From: Gammaproteobacteria bacterium
GTDB lineage: Bacteria; Pseudomonadota; Gammaproteobacteria; JAJDOJ01
Reading direction: 5' to 3'
DNA: 52,934 nucleotides
NCBI GenBank assembly: GCA_022340215.1
Contig: JAJDOJ010000202.1
Coordinates: 1-52,934 of the forward strand
Shown: positions 27,748 to 37,892 of the stretch, piece after piece
How positions within the stretch are numbered: the stretch's first letter is position 1
How the letters are laid out: each line of letters begins with the position of its first letter
Notes under the pieces: model-generated
What the model was told of the DNA's origin: nothing
Seen by the model: the letters and a program-made list of their open reading frames with translations, nothing else
Databases searched by the model: none
Translations under genes and position numbers: made by a program

Positions 27748-29730
27748 TCAGGATTCCCCGACGGGTTGTTCCGAGCCCGCCAGCCGTTCCTCGAGCAACG
27801 TCGAGAGGCTCGCGATCGACGGATGATCGAAAAGGTCGGTCACGTCGACGGTCTCGGGAAAGGCTACGTCGATGCCTTCGTGGATACGGGCCAGTTCTAG
27901 AGAACTCGTGCCGATATCGAACAGGTTGTCCTCGATTGCCACCTCGCGTCCTTCCAGGACCTCGTCACAGATCGCCTTGAGCTGGGCCTCAATACCCGAC
28001 AGGTCCTGCTCGTATCCTGCCCTGGGCACGAGTGAGAGCGCCTCCAGTCTGGCCAGGACCTCGTCGAAATCCCCATTTCGATAGGCGTCGATCAGAAGGT
28101 GTCGCTGTATCTTGCCGCTGGTGGTCTTCGGGATTCGGATCACGGGGATGATGTGCAGCGTCTCGAGGCCCGTGTGCGTACTGAGTGCGGCATGAATGTC
28201 GCGGGCGACACCGGTGATTTCCTCCACCTTGCCCTTGTGCAGCAGGAAGACGAGCAACTCATCGCTGTCGGCCCCGTCCGCGCGCCACGCAGCCGTCACG
28301 ATCCTGCCCAGCTCGATTCCGGTGTCACGTTCAACGATGGCTTCGAGGTCGTGAGGATAGTAGTTCTGGCCGTTGGCGAAGATGATTTCCTTGGATCTTC
28401 CGGTAACGACCAGGCCGCAATCCGCCGTGAATCCAAGGTCGCCGGTATCGAGCCACCCGTCCGGGGTGAATGCGGTCTGGTTTGCCTCGTCGTTGCGGAA
28501 ATAGCCCGTCGTTACATTCGCTCCTCGAATCTGGATATGCCCGACACGGCGTTCGGGCAGGGGTTCGTTGGAGGCGCCCGAGATGCGTATCTCGCAGCCC
28601 GCAACCGGTCTCCCCGTGCAGACCAGCGACAACGTCCCCGGACCGTCCATGGTGCCGATTCGCACACCGTTCACGTCCTGCAGGCTGTCGCGTTCGACAC
28701 GGACGGTCGTGATACCGGTTTCCGCTTCCGGAAAGGTGACCGCGAGGCTTGCCTCCGCGAGGCCGTAGACGGGAAACATGCAGGATCGTTTAAGGCCGTA
28801 TGCTGCAAGCGCCTCCAGGAATTCCTCGCACAGGTCGACGGAGATGGGCTCGGCGCCATTGACGATCAGGCGAATGCGCTGCAGGTCGAGAGTTTCCGGG
28901 GGATGCCTCCTGAGCGCCCTGAGCAGATGCTTGAGTCCGAAGTTGGGCGAGCAGGTCACGCTGACCCCCAGCTCGGAGGACTTTTCCAGCCACAGCAGGG
29001 GGTGCCGGACAAAGAGGTCGGTGGGCATCAGGCAGTGGTCGACTCCGGCGGCGAGAGGCGTGAGGTGAAACCCGATCAGTCCCATGTCGTGCGTCAGCGG
29101 CATCCAGCTAAGCGCGCTGTCCCCGGCGCGCACGCGGGCCCCGGCGGCAATCGCGCGGATATTGGCGAGAATGTTACCGTGACTCAGTACGACTCCCTTG
29201 GGTTCACTCGTCGACCCCGACGAAAACTGGATGAAGGCGGTGTCCGCAGCGTCTGCACGATAGACGCGCCCCGGTTCACCGGACAGGTCCACGGCAGCCG
29301 GATCGACCACGCGTCGGTTCCACGCTTCCGGAAGCTTCTCCGCGCCTGCCTCGTTTGCCAGGGACTCAAGTCGTTTCACGGTCCCGGCGTCGGTGAATAG
29401 CCACGGGTCGGTCAGCGACCGGTAGATGCGAATCAGTTTAAACCGGTGTTCGTCACTGATCCCGGGTGCGACGGGCACGGGGACGACCCCGCCGAGGATG
29501 CCGGCCCAGAATGCGTAGAGGAACTGCTCGTTGTCGTTGACATGTATAATCAGCTCGCTGCCTGGCTTCAGCCCGCGATCCTGCAGGGCGTTCAGCATCG
29601 CGCGCGCCCGACCGAACAGCGTGTCGAACGGGATTTCGCGTGTCTCCGCCGCGCCCGCCAGTAGCGTGATCCGGCCTCTCTCTTCGGCCTTCTTCGTCAG
29701 TGCCTGTGTCAGCGTGCTGAAGTCTGTCAT
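27748..29730 (-). CDS. Fatty acyl-AMP ligase (adenylation domain) fused to a C-terminal acyl/peptidyl carrier domain
   Basis: 660 aa with adenylation cores FSSGSTSEPKGVVLSH, WLDTGDLGF, GRSKEIIFANGQNYYPHDLE (FAAL-type) and PKTTSGKIQR. The C-terminal carrier motif is DNLFDIGTSSLEL. Confidence 0.85.
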   Translation of the reverse strand: MTDFSTLTQALTKKAEERGRITLLAGAAETREIPFDTLFGRARAMLNALQDRGLKPGSELIIHVNDNEQFLYAFWAGILGGVVPVPVAPGISDEHRFKLIRIYRSLTDPWLFTDAGTVKRLESLANEAGAEKLPEAWNRRVVDPAAVDLSGEPGRVYRADAADTAFIQFSSGSTSEPKGVVLSHGNILANIRAIAAGARVRAGDSALSWMPLTHDMGLIGFHLTPLAAGVDHCLMPTDLFVRHPLLWLEKSSELGVSVTCSPNFGLKHLLRALRRHPPETLDLQRIRLIVNGAEPISVDLCEEFLEALAAYGLKRSCMFPVYGLAEASLAVTFPEAETGITTVRVERDSLQDVNGVRIGTMDGPGTLSLVCTGRPVAGCEIRISGASNEPLPERRVGHIQIRGANVTTGYFRNDEANQTAFTPDGWLDTGDLGFTADCGLVVTGRSKEIIFANGQNYYPHDLEAIVERDTGIELGRIVTAAWRADGADSDELLVFLLHKGKVEEITGVARDIHAALSTHTGLETLHIIPVIRIPKTTSGKIQRHLLIDAYRNGDFDEVLARLEALSLVPRAGYEQDLSGIEAQLKAICDEVLEGREVAIEDNLFDIGTSSLELARIHEGIDVAFPETVDVTDLFDHPSIASLSTLLEERLAGSEQPVGES

Positions 29731-29828
29731 TGAGCGTGTGGGATGGGGAGCAGGTCAGATCGTACCTGCCGATGACGGATCCAAGTATACGACGATGACC
29801 AAAGGGTTCGCGACCGCAGGGCGAAAGC

Positions 29829-30533
29829 ATGGCTGAGACAACGACCGACCTCGGGTTGCCGCTGCACAAACGGCTCCTGTTTCCGGTCATCGCGCCGCTG
29901 GTCGCGTGGCTGTTGCGCTTGTTCTGGCTGGTCTGCCGGGTGCAGCACATCGAGGGTGAAGAATATCTCGAGGCGCTATCTTCCGGCGCAGGCGCCATCA
30001 TCCCCTGCCACTGGCACCAGCGACACATTTTCTGTGCGTACTACCTGGTCAGGAAGCTGTCCGGCAAATTCAGAATCGGTTACCTGGTCAGTCCCTCGAA
30101 GGACGGAGAACTCGGGGCCATGATCCTGAAGCGGCTGGGTCTGGTCGCGATTCGAGGATCGGCGAAGCGCACCGGGGCCCAGGCGATTCGCGACCTTTAC
30201 CTCTGTCTCTCGAGGGACGGGATCTCCCCCGTATTGACCCCGGATGGATCCGAGGGCCCGACTTACAAGTTCAAGCCCGGTCCGGTGATGCTGGCGCAGT
30301 TGTCCGGTGCACCGCTGGTGCCGATGAGCTATGCTGCCCGGCGAGCCTGGTATCTCGATTCCTGGGACCGCTTCATGATCCCGAAGCCGTTTACCCGAGT
30401 GGCGATCGCCATCGGCCGACCCCGTTACGTGGAAAGGTCCGGCAAGCTGGGCGGTACCAGTTCAATGCAGGAGCAGATGGAGGCGGAGTTGAACCGGCTG
30501 GGTCGGGAGGCGGAGGCGGCGCTGGAGCGATAG
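29829..30533 (+). CDS. DUF374 domain protein (lysophospholipid acyltransferase-like superfamily)
   Basis: 234 aa with an N-terminal hydrophobic anchor. Conserved DUF374 blocks are VSPSKDGE…IRGS and LTPDGSEGP. It is divergent from the FAAL-ACP gene across a 98-bp spacer. Confidence 0.75.
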   Translation: MAETTTDLGLPLHKRLLFPVIAPLVAWLLRLFWLVCRVQHIEGEEYLEALSSGAGAIIPCHWHQRHIFCAYYLVRKLSGKFRIGYLVSPSKDGELGAMILKRLGLVAIRGSAKRTGAQAIRDLYLCLSRDGISPVLTPDGSEGPTYKFKPGPVMLAQLSGAPLVPMSYAARRAWYLDSWDRFMIPKPFTRVAIAIGRPRYVERSGKLGGTSSMQEQMEAELNRLGREAEAALER

Positions 30534-30554
30534 CCGCGGTCCGATCCGACCCGA

Positions 30555-31913
30555 TCAGCCCAGAGACTCAAGGTGCTCGATCGCTTCTCGAAGTCGGTGC
30601 GCAGGGAGTACCTTCAGCTTTCCGTTCCCGCCCCTCGGTGCGTTTGCCGCCGGGACCAGGGCGTACCGGAACCCGTGCGTCTCGGCCTCGGCCAGCCGCT
30701 CCTGTCCGTTGGGGACGGGGCGGATCTCTCCCGCCAGACCGAGTTCGCCAAAGACGACCAGGTCAGCGGGCAGCGGCCTGTCCCGGTGGCTGGACAGCGC
30801 GGCCAGCACCACGGCAAGGTCCGCCGCGGTCTCCGTGACGCGCACACCTCCCACCACGTTGACGAATACGTCCTGGTCGAACATCGGCACGCCGCCGTGG
30901 CGATGCAGGATGGCGAGCAGCATGCCGAGCCGGTTCTGGTCGAGGCCGACGGAGACCCGCCTCGGGTTGGCGAGTTGGCTCCCGTCGACCAGCGACTGGA
31001 TCTCCACGAGCATGGGTCGGCTCCCTTCGCGGGTTACGACGATCACACTGCCGGATACCGGTGTCTCGTGTCGGGACAGGAAGATGGCGGAGGGGTTGCC
31101 GACACCCTTGAGTCCGGATTCGGTCATCGCAAACACCCCGAGTTCGTTGATCGCGCCGAACCGGTTCTTGACCGCGCGAAGGACGCGGTAGCGCCCCCCT
31201 GGGTCTCCCTCGAAGTAGAGCACCGTATCGACCATGTGCTCGAGCACGCGGGGGCCGGCCAGTGCCCCTTCTTTGGTGACGTGTCCGACGAGGAAGATGG
31301 TCGTGCCGCTGGTCTTGGCGTAGCGCACGAGTTGGGCTGCGCATTCTCTCACCTGGCCGACGGAGCCGGGCGCGGACTGGAGGTCGCCCGAGAACAGGGT
31401 CTGGATCGAGTCGATCACCGCGAGCCGGGTACGCTCCCTGGCCAGTACGTCGACGATCCGCTCCACTGTGGTTTCGGTGAGTAGCCTGAGATGCTGGGCC
31501 TGCAGGCCCAACCTTCGGGATCGCAGGGCTATTTGCGGGGGCGATTCCTCGCCGCTAACGTAGAGGTTTGCGGGCTGGGAGACCGTGGCCAGCATCTGCA
31601 GCAGCAGGGTGGATTTGCCGATCCCGGGGTCGCCGCCAATCAGGATCACTGAGCCTTCGACGATACCACCGCCGAGTACCCGATCGAGTTCCTTGATCTG
31701 ACTCGACTCACGGGGCTTCTCCGCGGTACTGACGGTCGACAGCGCCACCGCGCCGGTCCCCCCGGTCCCGGTCCAGCCGCCCCGCCGGTTTTTCGGTGCC
31801 GGTGCGATCTCCTCGATGACATTCCATTCGCCACAGTCGGTACACTGCCCCGACCACTTGGTGTGCGACGCCCCGCACGCGCGACACTGATAGGCTGCCC
31901 TGGTTCTGGCCAC
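30555..31913 (-). CDS. radA: DNA repair protein RadA/Sms
   Basis: 452 aa with an N-terminal zinc ribbon (CRACG…CTDCGEWN), Walker A (GGDPGIGKSTLLLQ), KNRFG and a Lon-like C-terminal domain. Confidence 0.95.
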   Translation of the reverse strand: MARTRAAYQCRACGASHTKWSGQCTDCGEWNVIEEIAPAPKNRRGGWTGTGGTGAVALSTVSTAEKPRESSQIKELDRVLGGGIVEGSVILIGGDPGIGKSTLLLQMLATVSQPANLYVSGEESPPQIALRSRRLGLQAQHLRLLTETTVERIVDVLARERTRLAVIDSIQTLFSGDLQSAPGSVGQVRECAAQLVRYAKTSGTTIFLVGHVTKEGALAGPRVLEHMVDTVLYFEGDPGGRYRVLRAVKNRFGAINELGVFAMTESGLKGVGNPSAIFLSRHETPVSGSVIVVTREGSRPMLVEIQSLVDGSQLANPRRVSVGLDQNRLGMLLAILHRHGGVPMFDQDVFVNVVGGVRVTETAADLAVVLAALSSHRDRPLPADLVVFGELGLAGEIRPVPNGQERLAEAETHGFRYALVPAANAPRGGNGKLKVLPAHRLREAIEHLESLG

Positions 31914-32017
31914 GGTGTGTTCAGTTACGCGTCGTGTCGGCCGGCGCTGTCATCGGCCCAGCCGCGTGGAGACGATCGCAAACCCCGGGCCGGTTCGATT
32001 TCGACAGATTGGGTCGC

Positions 32018-33307
32018 TCATCGCGGTGCGTTTCCGGAATCCGCGCTCCGGCGCCATATGGGTCGTACACGGACGGTCTTCACCGCGTTGGCCTTTGTCT
32101 GGACCACCTCCACGGGATATCCGTCGATCATCAGGCTGGTGCCCGGTTCCGGGATGAACTCCATGTGCTCGAGGACCAGTCCGTTGATCGTGCGCGGCCC
32201 GCTCTCCGGGAGACGCCATCCCAGGCTGCGGTTGAGATCTCGGATGTGCGTGCCGCCATCCACGATATAGCTGCCGTCGTCCTGCGGGAGGATGTCCTTA
32301 TCGTAGGCGCTGGGGTCGCTGGTGAATTCGCCGACGATCTCTTCCAGCAGGTCCTCCAGGGTGACAAGCCCCTGAATATCGCCGTATTCGTCCACGACCA
32401 GCCCTGAACGTTGTCTTCCCTTGCGGAAATTGAGCAACTGCCGGGCAAGACTCGTACCCTCCGGGATAAAGTGTGGTTCCCTGATCGCGCTGACCAGTGC
32501 CTCGGGCGTCAGTTCGTCCCGAGACAGCAGCGGCAGGATCTTGCGGACGCGAAGAAATCCCTCCACGTTGTCGATGCTGCCCCGGTAGACGGGAATTCGG
32601 CTGAAATGGCCGTCATGCAGTTCCGTCAGTACCTGTTTCCAGTCGTCATCCAGGTCGATTCCGGTGATCTCGTTGCGCGGCACCATGATGTCCTGGACGA
32701 TCGCCTTTTCCAGGTCCAGGATGCCGACCAGCATCTTGCGATGTTCCCTTGGGATCATTCCCCCCGCTTCGGAAACGACCAACCGGAGTTCCTCGCGCGA
32801 GAGGGTATGATCTTGTTCGCTGTCCGGGGCGACGCCGAACAGCCTGATGAGGTTCCTTGATACCCGGGTCAGCAACCACACGACCGGAGCGAGGGCACGG
32901 GACAGTGGGGTGTACACCCACGCGGCCGGGAAGGCGACCTTCTCCGAATGTACGGCGGCAAGCGTCTTCGGCGTGATCTCGGCGAAGATCAGCAATGTCA
33001 GCGTGAGTGCTCCGGTTGCGATGGCGATGCCGGCGTCTCCGTACAGCCGATAGCCGAGATAGGTTGCGATTTGGGTAATGACAATGTTGACGAAATTGTT
33101 GCCCAGGAGGATCAGCGTGATCAGGCGGTCGGGTTTCTCGAGCAGTTGCTGCGCCCTGATGGCGCCCCCGTGTCCGGTCCGTGCCAGGTGGCGTAACCGG
33201 TAACGGTTCAGCGCGATCAACGCCGTTTCGGACCCAGAGAAGAACGCCGAAAGCAGGAAAAGTACGATCAGGGCGAGGAACAGCGCACTGACGGGCAGGG
33301 TATCCAA
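32018..33307 (-). CDS. HlyC/CorC family transporter (CNNM/DUF21 + CBS pair + CorC_HlyC), PaeA/YfjD-like
   Basis: 429 aa. FFSGSETALIALNRYRLRHLA…LLEKPDRLITLILLGNNFVNI is closely similar to E. coli YfjD as I recall it. It lies downstream of the ypjD homologue as in E. coli, with a TTG start. Confidence 0.85.
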   Translation of the reverse strand: MDTLPVSALFLALIVLFLLSAFFSGSETALIALNRYRLRHLARTGHGGAIRAQQLLEKPDRLITLILLGNNFVNIVITQIATYLGYRLYGDAGIAIATGALTLTLLIFAEITPKTLAAVHSEKVAFPAAWVYTPLSRALAPVVWLLTRVSRNLIRLFGVAPDSEQDHTLSREELRLVVSEAGGMIPREHRKMLVGILDLEKAIVQDIMVPRNEITGIDLDDDWKQVLTELHDGHFSRIPVYRGSIDNVEGFLRVRKILPLLSRDELTPEALVSAIREPHFIPEGTSLARQLLNFRKGRQRSGLVVDEYGDIQGLVTLEDLLEEIVGEFTSDPSAYDKDILPQDDGSYIVDGGTHIRDLNRSLGWRLPESGPRTINGLVLEHMEFIPEPGTSLMIDGYPVEVVQTKANAVKTVRVRPIWRRSADSGNAPR

Positions 33308-33381
33308 GTGGGTGCTCGGGTCATGTAAGTGTCCCCATTACACGGTGACACGATAACGGGTGTCAAGCGGGGGGCGGGGGG

Positions 33382-34194
33382 TCAGACCGTTCGCTTCAGG
33401 ACCAGTTCGAGCACGAACTTGCTGCCGAAATAGGCCAGCATCAGCACAACGAATCCCCCCAGTGTCCACCGGATCGCGGTGCGGCCCCGCCAGCCGAGAC
33501 GCCAGCGCCCGATGAGCAGGACCACGAAGACCATCCACGCTAGTATGGACAGGACGGTCTTGTGGACGAGATGCTGGGCGAAAATGTCCTCCAGATAGAG
33601 AAATCCGGTTGCCAGGGAAATGCTGAGCAGCACCACTCCCAGTCCGATCAGTCCGAACAGCAGTTGCTCCATCAATTGCAGCGGTGGAAGCGCGCGAATA
33701 ATGCCCCCTGGGCGATGATTGTGGATATGACGGTCCTGGATCGCCAGCAGGACCGCCTGAAGCGCGGAGAGCGTCAGCACGCTATAGGCCAGTAGCGACA
33801 CCAGGACGTGGACCTGGGCCGAGGGTTTGTCCGTACTGATGATCGTGGCGCCCTCCGGGACAAACTGGATCAGGATGACACTGAAGGCGGAGAACGGCAG
33901 CACGGCGATGGCAAGGTTTTCTACGGGGCGAATCAGCGTACCAAGCAGCAGCACGCACGATAGGGTAAGTGCAACCAGCGAGGTCGCGTTGGAGAAATTC
34001 AGGTCCAGCCCCTTAGGCAACACGATGTGATCATAGAGGACAAAGGCGTGCAGGGTGATCGCCGCCGCCCACAACCACAATGCGACACCCTTGCCCGTGG
34101 TCTCGCCCCTGGCCACCCTGCGCAGACGTAGTAGCAGGGTGGCCGCCGATGACAGGTAGAGGATTGCGGTGATCAGGGTGATGGCGATGGTCAT
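33382..34194 (-). CDS. ypjD: Cytochrome c assembly family inner membrane protein (YpjD/CcsA-like)
   Basis: 270 aa with 8 TM segments. Synteny with the paeA-like gene and (interrupted) with ffh supports the call. Confidence 0.8.
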   Translation of the reverse strand: MTIAITLITAILYLSSAATLLLRLRRVARGETTGKGVALWLWAAAITLHAFVLYDHIVLPKGLDLNFSNATSLVALTLSCVLLLGTLIRPVENLAIAVLPFSAFSVILIQFVPEGATIISTDKPSAQVHVLVSLLAYSVLTLSALQAVLLAIQDRHIHNHRPGGIIRALPPLQLMEQLLFGLIGLGVVLLSISLATGFLYLEDIFAQHLVHKTVLSILAWMVFVVLLIGRWRLGWRGRTAIRWTLGGFVVLMLAYFGSKFVLELVLKRTV

Positions 34195-34467
34195 ATCGGC
34201 GTATGCGTTCGTTTCTTGTTACGCACTACTGTCGGTGAATCGGGCCCCGATCGCAAGGAATCGCGACTGAAACGTGGCGCATACCCGGGGTTGGGTGACC
34301 GTAAGGGTTCGGGTGTTCGAATTGCGGTGACGCGACGCGCGAAAACCCGTTCGGCTACCGCTACCGTGATTGTGGGTATCATGTTAGCGTTACATACCGC
34401 GTGCGTTCAGTCCACAGGGGCACCACACCCCGGGCCGGTGGACGCTTACACGATTCCGGACTCCTCA

Positions 34468-35163
34468 ATGTACCGACTGCTGCGCCTGTTTCGTACCTCG
34501 ATCGGCAGCAAACTGATGATGGCGATCAGCGGCCTCGTACTGGTCGGGTTCGTGACCGGCCACATGATCGGCAACCTGAAGGTCTTCCAGGGGCAGGAGG
34601 CGATCAACGACTACGCCGCCTGGCTTCAGGGACATCCCCTGGTGTGGGGGATTCGTCTGGCGATTCTCACGGTGTTCGCCTTGCATGTCTACACGGGTAT
34701 AAGGCTTCATCGCGAGAACCGTGCAGCGAGGCCACGTCGTTATGCGACACGGGTTCCCGTTGAGACCGGTTTCGCCGCCCGTCACATGCTCCTCAGCGGG
34801 CTGATCGTCCTGGCCTTCGTCATCTACCACCTGCTGCACCTCACGATCGGTGTCGTTCAGCCGCAATACGCCGGACTGCTCGACGGGGCCGGCCGGCCGG
34901 ACATCTATTCCCGTCTCGTACTCGGACTGTCGAATCCCTGGCTGGCGGCGATCTACGCCACCGCCGTGTCGCTGGTCGGACTGCATCTGTGGCATGCCGT
35001 GCGCAGCATGTTGTATACGCTCGGATTCGGACACAATGCCTGGCGGCGCGCGACCGACATCGGTACCGGCGTATTCAGCGCCTTGGTGGTTTCCGGGTTC
35101 CTGTCCATGCCACTGGCGGCGCAACTCGGTTGGCTGGACATACCTGTAGTGCCAGTGCGATGA
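34468..35163 (+). CDS. sdhC: Succinate dehydrogenase/fumarate reductase cytochrome b subunit, b558 (single-subunit dihaem) family
   Basis: 231 aa from the ATG at 34468, with five TM helices. Four candidate haem-ligand His residues are present (TGHMIGN, ALHVYTG, YHLLHLT, GLHLWHA). The stop overlaps the sdhA start (ATGA). Confidence 0.8.
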   Translation: MYRLLRLFRTSIGSKLMMAISGLVLVGFVTGHMIGNLKVFQGQEAINDYAAWLQGHPLVWGIRLAILTVFALHVYTGIRLHRENRAARPRRYATRVPVETGFAARHMLLSGLIVLAFVIYHLLHLTIGVVQPQYAGLLDGAGRPDIYSRLVLGLSNPWLAAIYATAVSLVGLHLWHAVRSMLYTLGFGHNAWRRATDIGTGVFSALVVSGFLSMPLAAQLGWLDIPVVPVR

Positions 35164-37079
35164 GTCCGTCCCTTGATGCAGGGATACCGGATGGTGCACT
35201 GAAGGACAAGTGGAGCCATCGCCAGGATGAACTCAAGCTGGTGAGCCCGGCAAACCGGCGAAAATACCGGATACTTGTGGTGGGGACGGGGCTCGCGGGG
35301 GCGTCGGCGGCAGCCACGTTGGCCGAACTCGGCTATGAGGTGGAATGCTTCACCTTCCACGACAGTCCCAGGCGTGCGCACTCGGTCGCCGCGCAGGGCG
35401 GTATCAATGCCGCCAAGAACTACCAGAATGACGGGGACAGCGTCTACCGCTTATTTCATGACACGGTCAAGGGAGGCGATTTTCGTGCGCGGGAGGCGAA
35501 CGTCTACCGGCTGGCCGAGGTCAGCAACCGCATCATCGATCATTGTGTGGCGCAGGGGATCCCCTTCGCACGCGAGTACGGCGGGCTGCTGGACAACCGC
35601 TCCTTCGGTGGTGCACAGGTCTCGAGGACATTCTACGCGCGCGGGCAGACCGGGCAGCAATTGCTTCTAGGCGCCTACGGGGCGCTGAACCGACAGATCC
35701 ATGCCGGCCGGGTCCGTGTCCACAACCGCTGCGAGATGCTCGATCTGGTCCTGCTGGAAGGTCATGCCCGGGGTATCGTGACCCGGGATCTGGTGACCGG
35801 TGCCATCGGTCGTCATTCCGGTCAGGCGGTGGTGCTCGCGACCGGCGGGTACAGCAACGTATACTTCCTGTCCACCAATGCACTGGGCTGCAACGTAACC
35901 GCCACCTACCGCGCCTACCGGAGCGGCGCACTGTTCGCGAACCCGTGCTTTACCCAGATTCATCCTACCTGCATCCCGGCCTGCGGCTCGAACCAGTCCA
36001 AGTTGACGTTGATGTCGGAATCCCTGCGAAACGATGGCCGCATCTGGGTGCCGCTGCATCCCGGGGAGACGAGGGCACCCAACGAGATACCCGAAGCCGA
36101 GCGCGACCACTATCTGGAGCGCCGGTATCCAGCCTACGGCAACCTGACACCTCGAGATTTCGCGTCCCGGGCAGCGAAGCAGGTCTGCGACGAAGGACGC
36201 GGTGTCGGACCGACGGGACGCGGGGTCTACCTGGATTTCTCCGAGGCCCTGGGTCGTCTGGGACGGGCCGCGATCGAACAGCGTTATGGCAACCTGTTCA
36301 GCATGTACGAACGCATCACCGGGGAAGATCCCTACCGGGTCCCGATGCGGATCTATCCGGCAGCGCACTACACCATGGGTGGCCTCTGGGTAGACTATGA
36401 CCTGATGAGCAACATCCCGGGTCTGTTCGTTATCGGGGAGGCCAATTTCTCGGACCACGGCGCCAACCGGCTGGGAGCGAGCGCCTTGATGCAGGGGCTG
36501 GCCGACGGATATTTCATCCTGCCGCAGACCCTGGGTCACTATCTGGCCGTCGAGAGGCCGGGGTTGCCGGACCCCGCCTGCGAACCCTTTCGCCGGGTCG
36601 AGGCGGACGCCGTCGGGCGTACCCGGGCCCTGCTCGACATCGGTGGGAATCGACCCGTCGACAGCTTCCACAGGGAATTGGGCGAGATCATGGAGTCCCG
36701 CTGCGGTATGGCTCGGAACGAACAGGGATTGCGCGAGGCGCTGTGCTTGATACCCGATCTACGTGAGGCATTCTGGCGTGAGGCCTGCGTCTGCGGGAAC
36801 GGGGAAGAACTCAATGTATCGCTGGAACGCGCCGGACGGGTGGCCGATTTTCTGGAGTTCGCCGAACTGCTCTGTCAAGACGCCCTGGCGCGGGACGAGT
36901 CCTGTGGCGCGCACTTCCGCGAGGAACATCGGACCGCTGAAGGCGAGGCGGTTCGGAACGACGATCGATTTTCTCATGTGGCCGCATGGGAATATCGCGG
37001 GGCGGACACCGATCCGGTGTGCCACTGTGAGCCCCTTTCTTTCGAGACGGTGCATGCGGTGACCCGGAGCTACAAATGA
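35160..37079 (+). CDS. sdhA: Succinate dehydrogenase/fumarate reductase flavoprotein subunit
   Basis: 639 aa. FAD fold [17 protein letters not shown], the covalent-FAD region [11 protein letters not shown] and HYTMGG are present. Confidence 0.92.
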   Translation: MSPSLDAGIPDGALKDKWSHRQDELKLVSPANRRKYRILVVGTGLAGASAAATLAELGYEVECFTFHDSPRRAHSVAAQGGINAAKNYQNDGDSVYRLFHDTVKGGDFRAREANVYRLAEVSNRIIDHCVAQGIPFAREYGGLLDNRSFGGAQVSRTFYARGQTGQQLLLGAYGALNRQIHAGRVRVHNRCEMLDLVLLEGHARGIVTRDLVTGAIGRHSGQAVVLATGGYSNVYFLSTNALGCNVTATYRAYRSGALFANPCFTQIHPTCIPACGSNQSKLTLMSESLRNDGRIWVPLHPGETRAPNEIPEAERDHYLERRYPAYGNLTPRDFASRAAKQVCDEGRGVGPTGRGVYLDFSEALGRLGRAAIEQRYGNLFSMYERITGEDPYRVPMRIYPAAHYTMGGLWVDYDLMSNIPGLFVIGEANFSDHGANRLGASALMQGLADGYFILPQTLGHYLAVERPGLPDPACEPFRRVEADAVGRTRALLDIGGNRPVDSFHRELGEIMESRCGMARNEQGLREALCLIPDLREAFWREACVCGNGEELNVSLERAGRVADFLEFAELLCQDALARDESCGAHFREEHRTAEGEAVRNDDRFSHVAAWEYRGADTDPVCHCEPLSFETVHAVTRSYK

Positions 37080-37861
37080 GACTCAGGCTGCGGGTGTGGC
37101 GGCAGCGATCGTCCGAAGGTGCCGGTCGACTGGTCAATTACGAGGTGGAGGGGGTCGAGGGCGGCATGTCGTTTCTTGAGATGCTCGATCTGTTGAATCT
37201 GGACCTGGCGACCAAGCGCGAGGCGCCGGTGGCCTTCGATCACGACTGTCGGGAGGGTATCTGCGGAGCCTGTTCCCTGGTCATCAACGGGGTCCCGCAC
37301 GGACCCCGTACGGCGACCACGGCGTGCCAGCTCTACATGCGGCATTTTCGCGATGGCCAGGAAATTGTCGTCGAACCCTGGCGCGCCGCCGCTTTCCCGA
37401 TCATCCGGGACCTGATCGTCGATCGGGGGGCCCTGGACAGGGTGTTGCAGGCAGGGGGATACGTCTCGGTCAACGCTGGATCGGCCCCCGACGCGAATAC
37501 CCTGCCTGTTGCGCACCAGCTTGCGGAGCGTGCGTTCCTGGCCGCGTCGTGTATTGGTTGCGGCGCCTGTGTCGCCGCCTGTCCGAATGCCTCGGCAATG
37601 CTCTTCGTGGCGGCCAAGCTCGGGCAGTTGAACGCGTTGCCCCAGGGGCAGCCCGAGCGGACGCACCGCGCCATCGCGATGGTCGAGGCCATGGACGCCG
37701 AGGGATTTGGAAACTGCGGGAATCACTACGAATGCGTCGCCGTCTGTCCGAAATCCATCCCACGGGACTTTATCGCCAGGCTGAACCGCGAATTCTTCCG
37801 CGCGGCGATGATTGCGCATGAGTTTGCTTCTCCTCCTCCAAGCGGGGAGTTGGAGGAATAG
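37076..37861 (+). CDS. sdhB: Succinate dehydrogenase/fumarate reductase iron-sulfur subunit
   Basis: 261 aa with the Cys clusters [21 protein letters not shown] and [12 protein letters not shown]. The start overlaps the sdhA stop (ATGA). Confidence 0.9.
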   Translation: MRLRLRVWRQRSSEGAGRLVNYEVEGVEGGMSFLEMLDLLNLDLATKREAPVAFDHDCREGICGACSLVINGVPHGPRTATTACQLYMRHFRDGQEIVVEPWRAAAFPIIRDLIVDRGALDRVLQAGGYVSVNAGSAPDANTLPVAHQLAERAFLAASCIGCGACVAACPNASAMLFVAAKLGQLNALPQGQPERTHRAIAMVEAMDAEGFGNCGNHYECVAVCPKSIPRDFIARLNREFFRAAMIAHEFASPPPSGELEE

Positions 37862-37892
37862 CTCACAACCCGGGTTCTTTCTGCCTGCAAGA

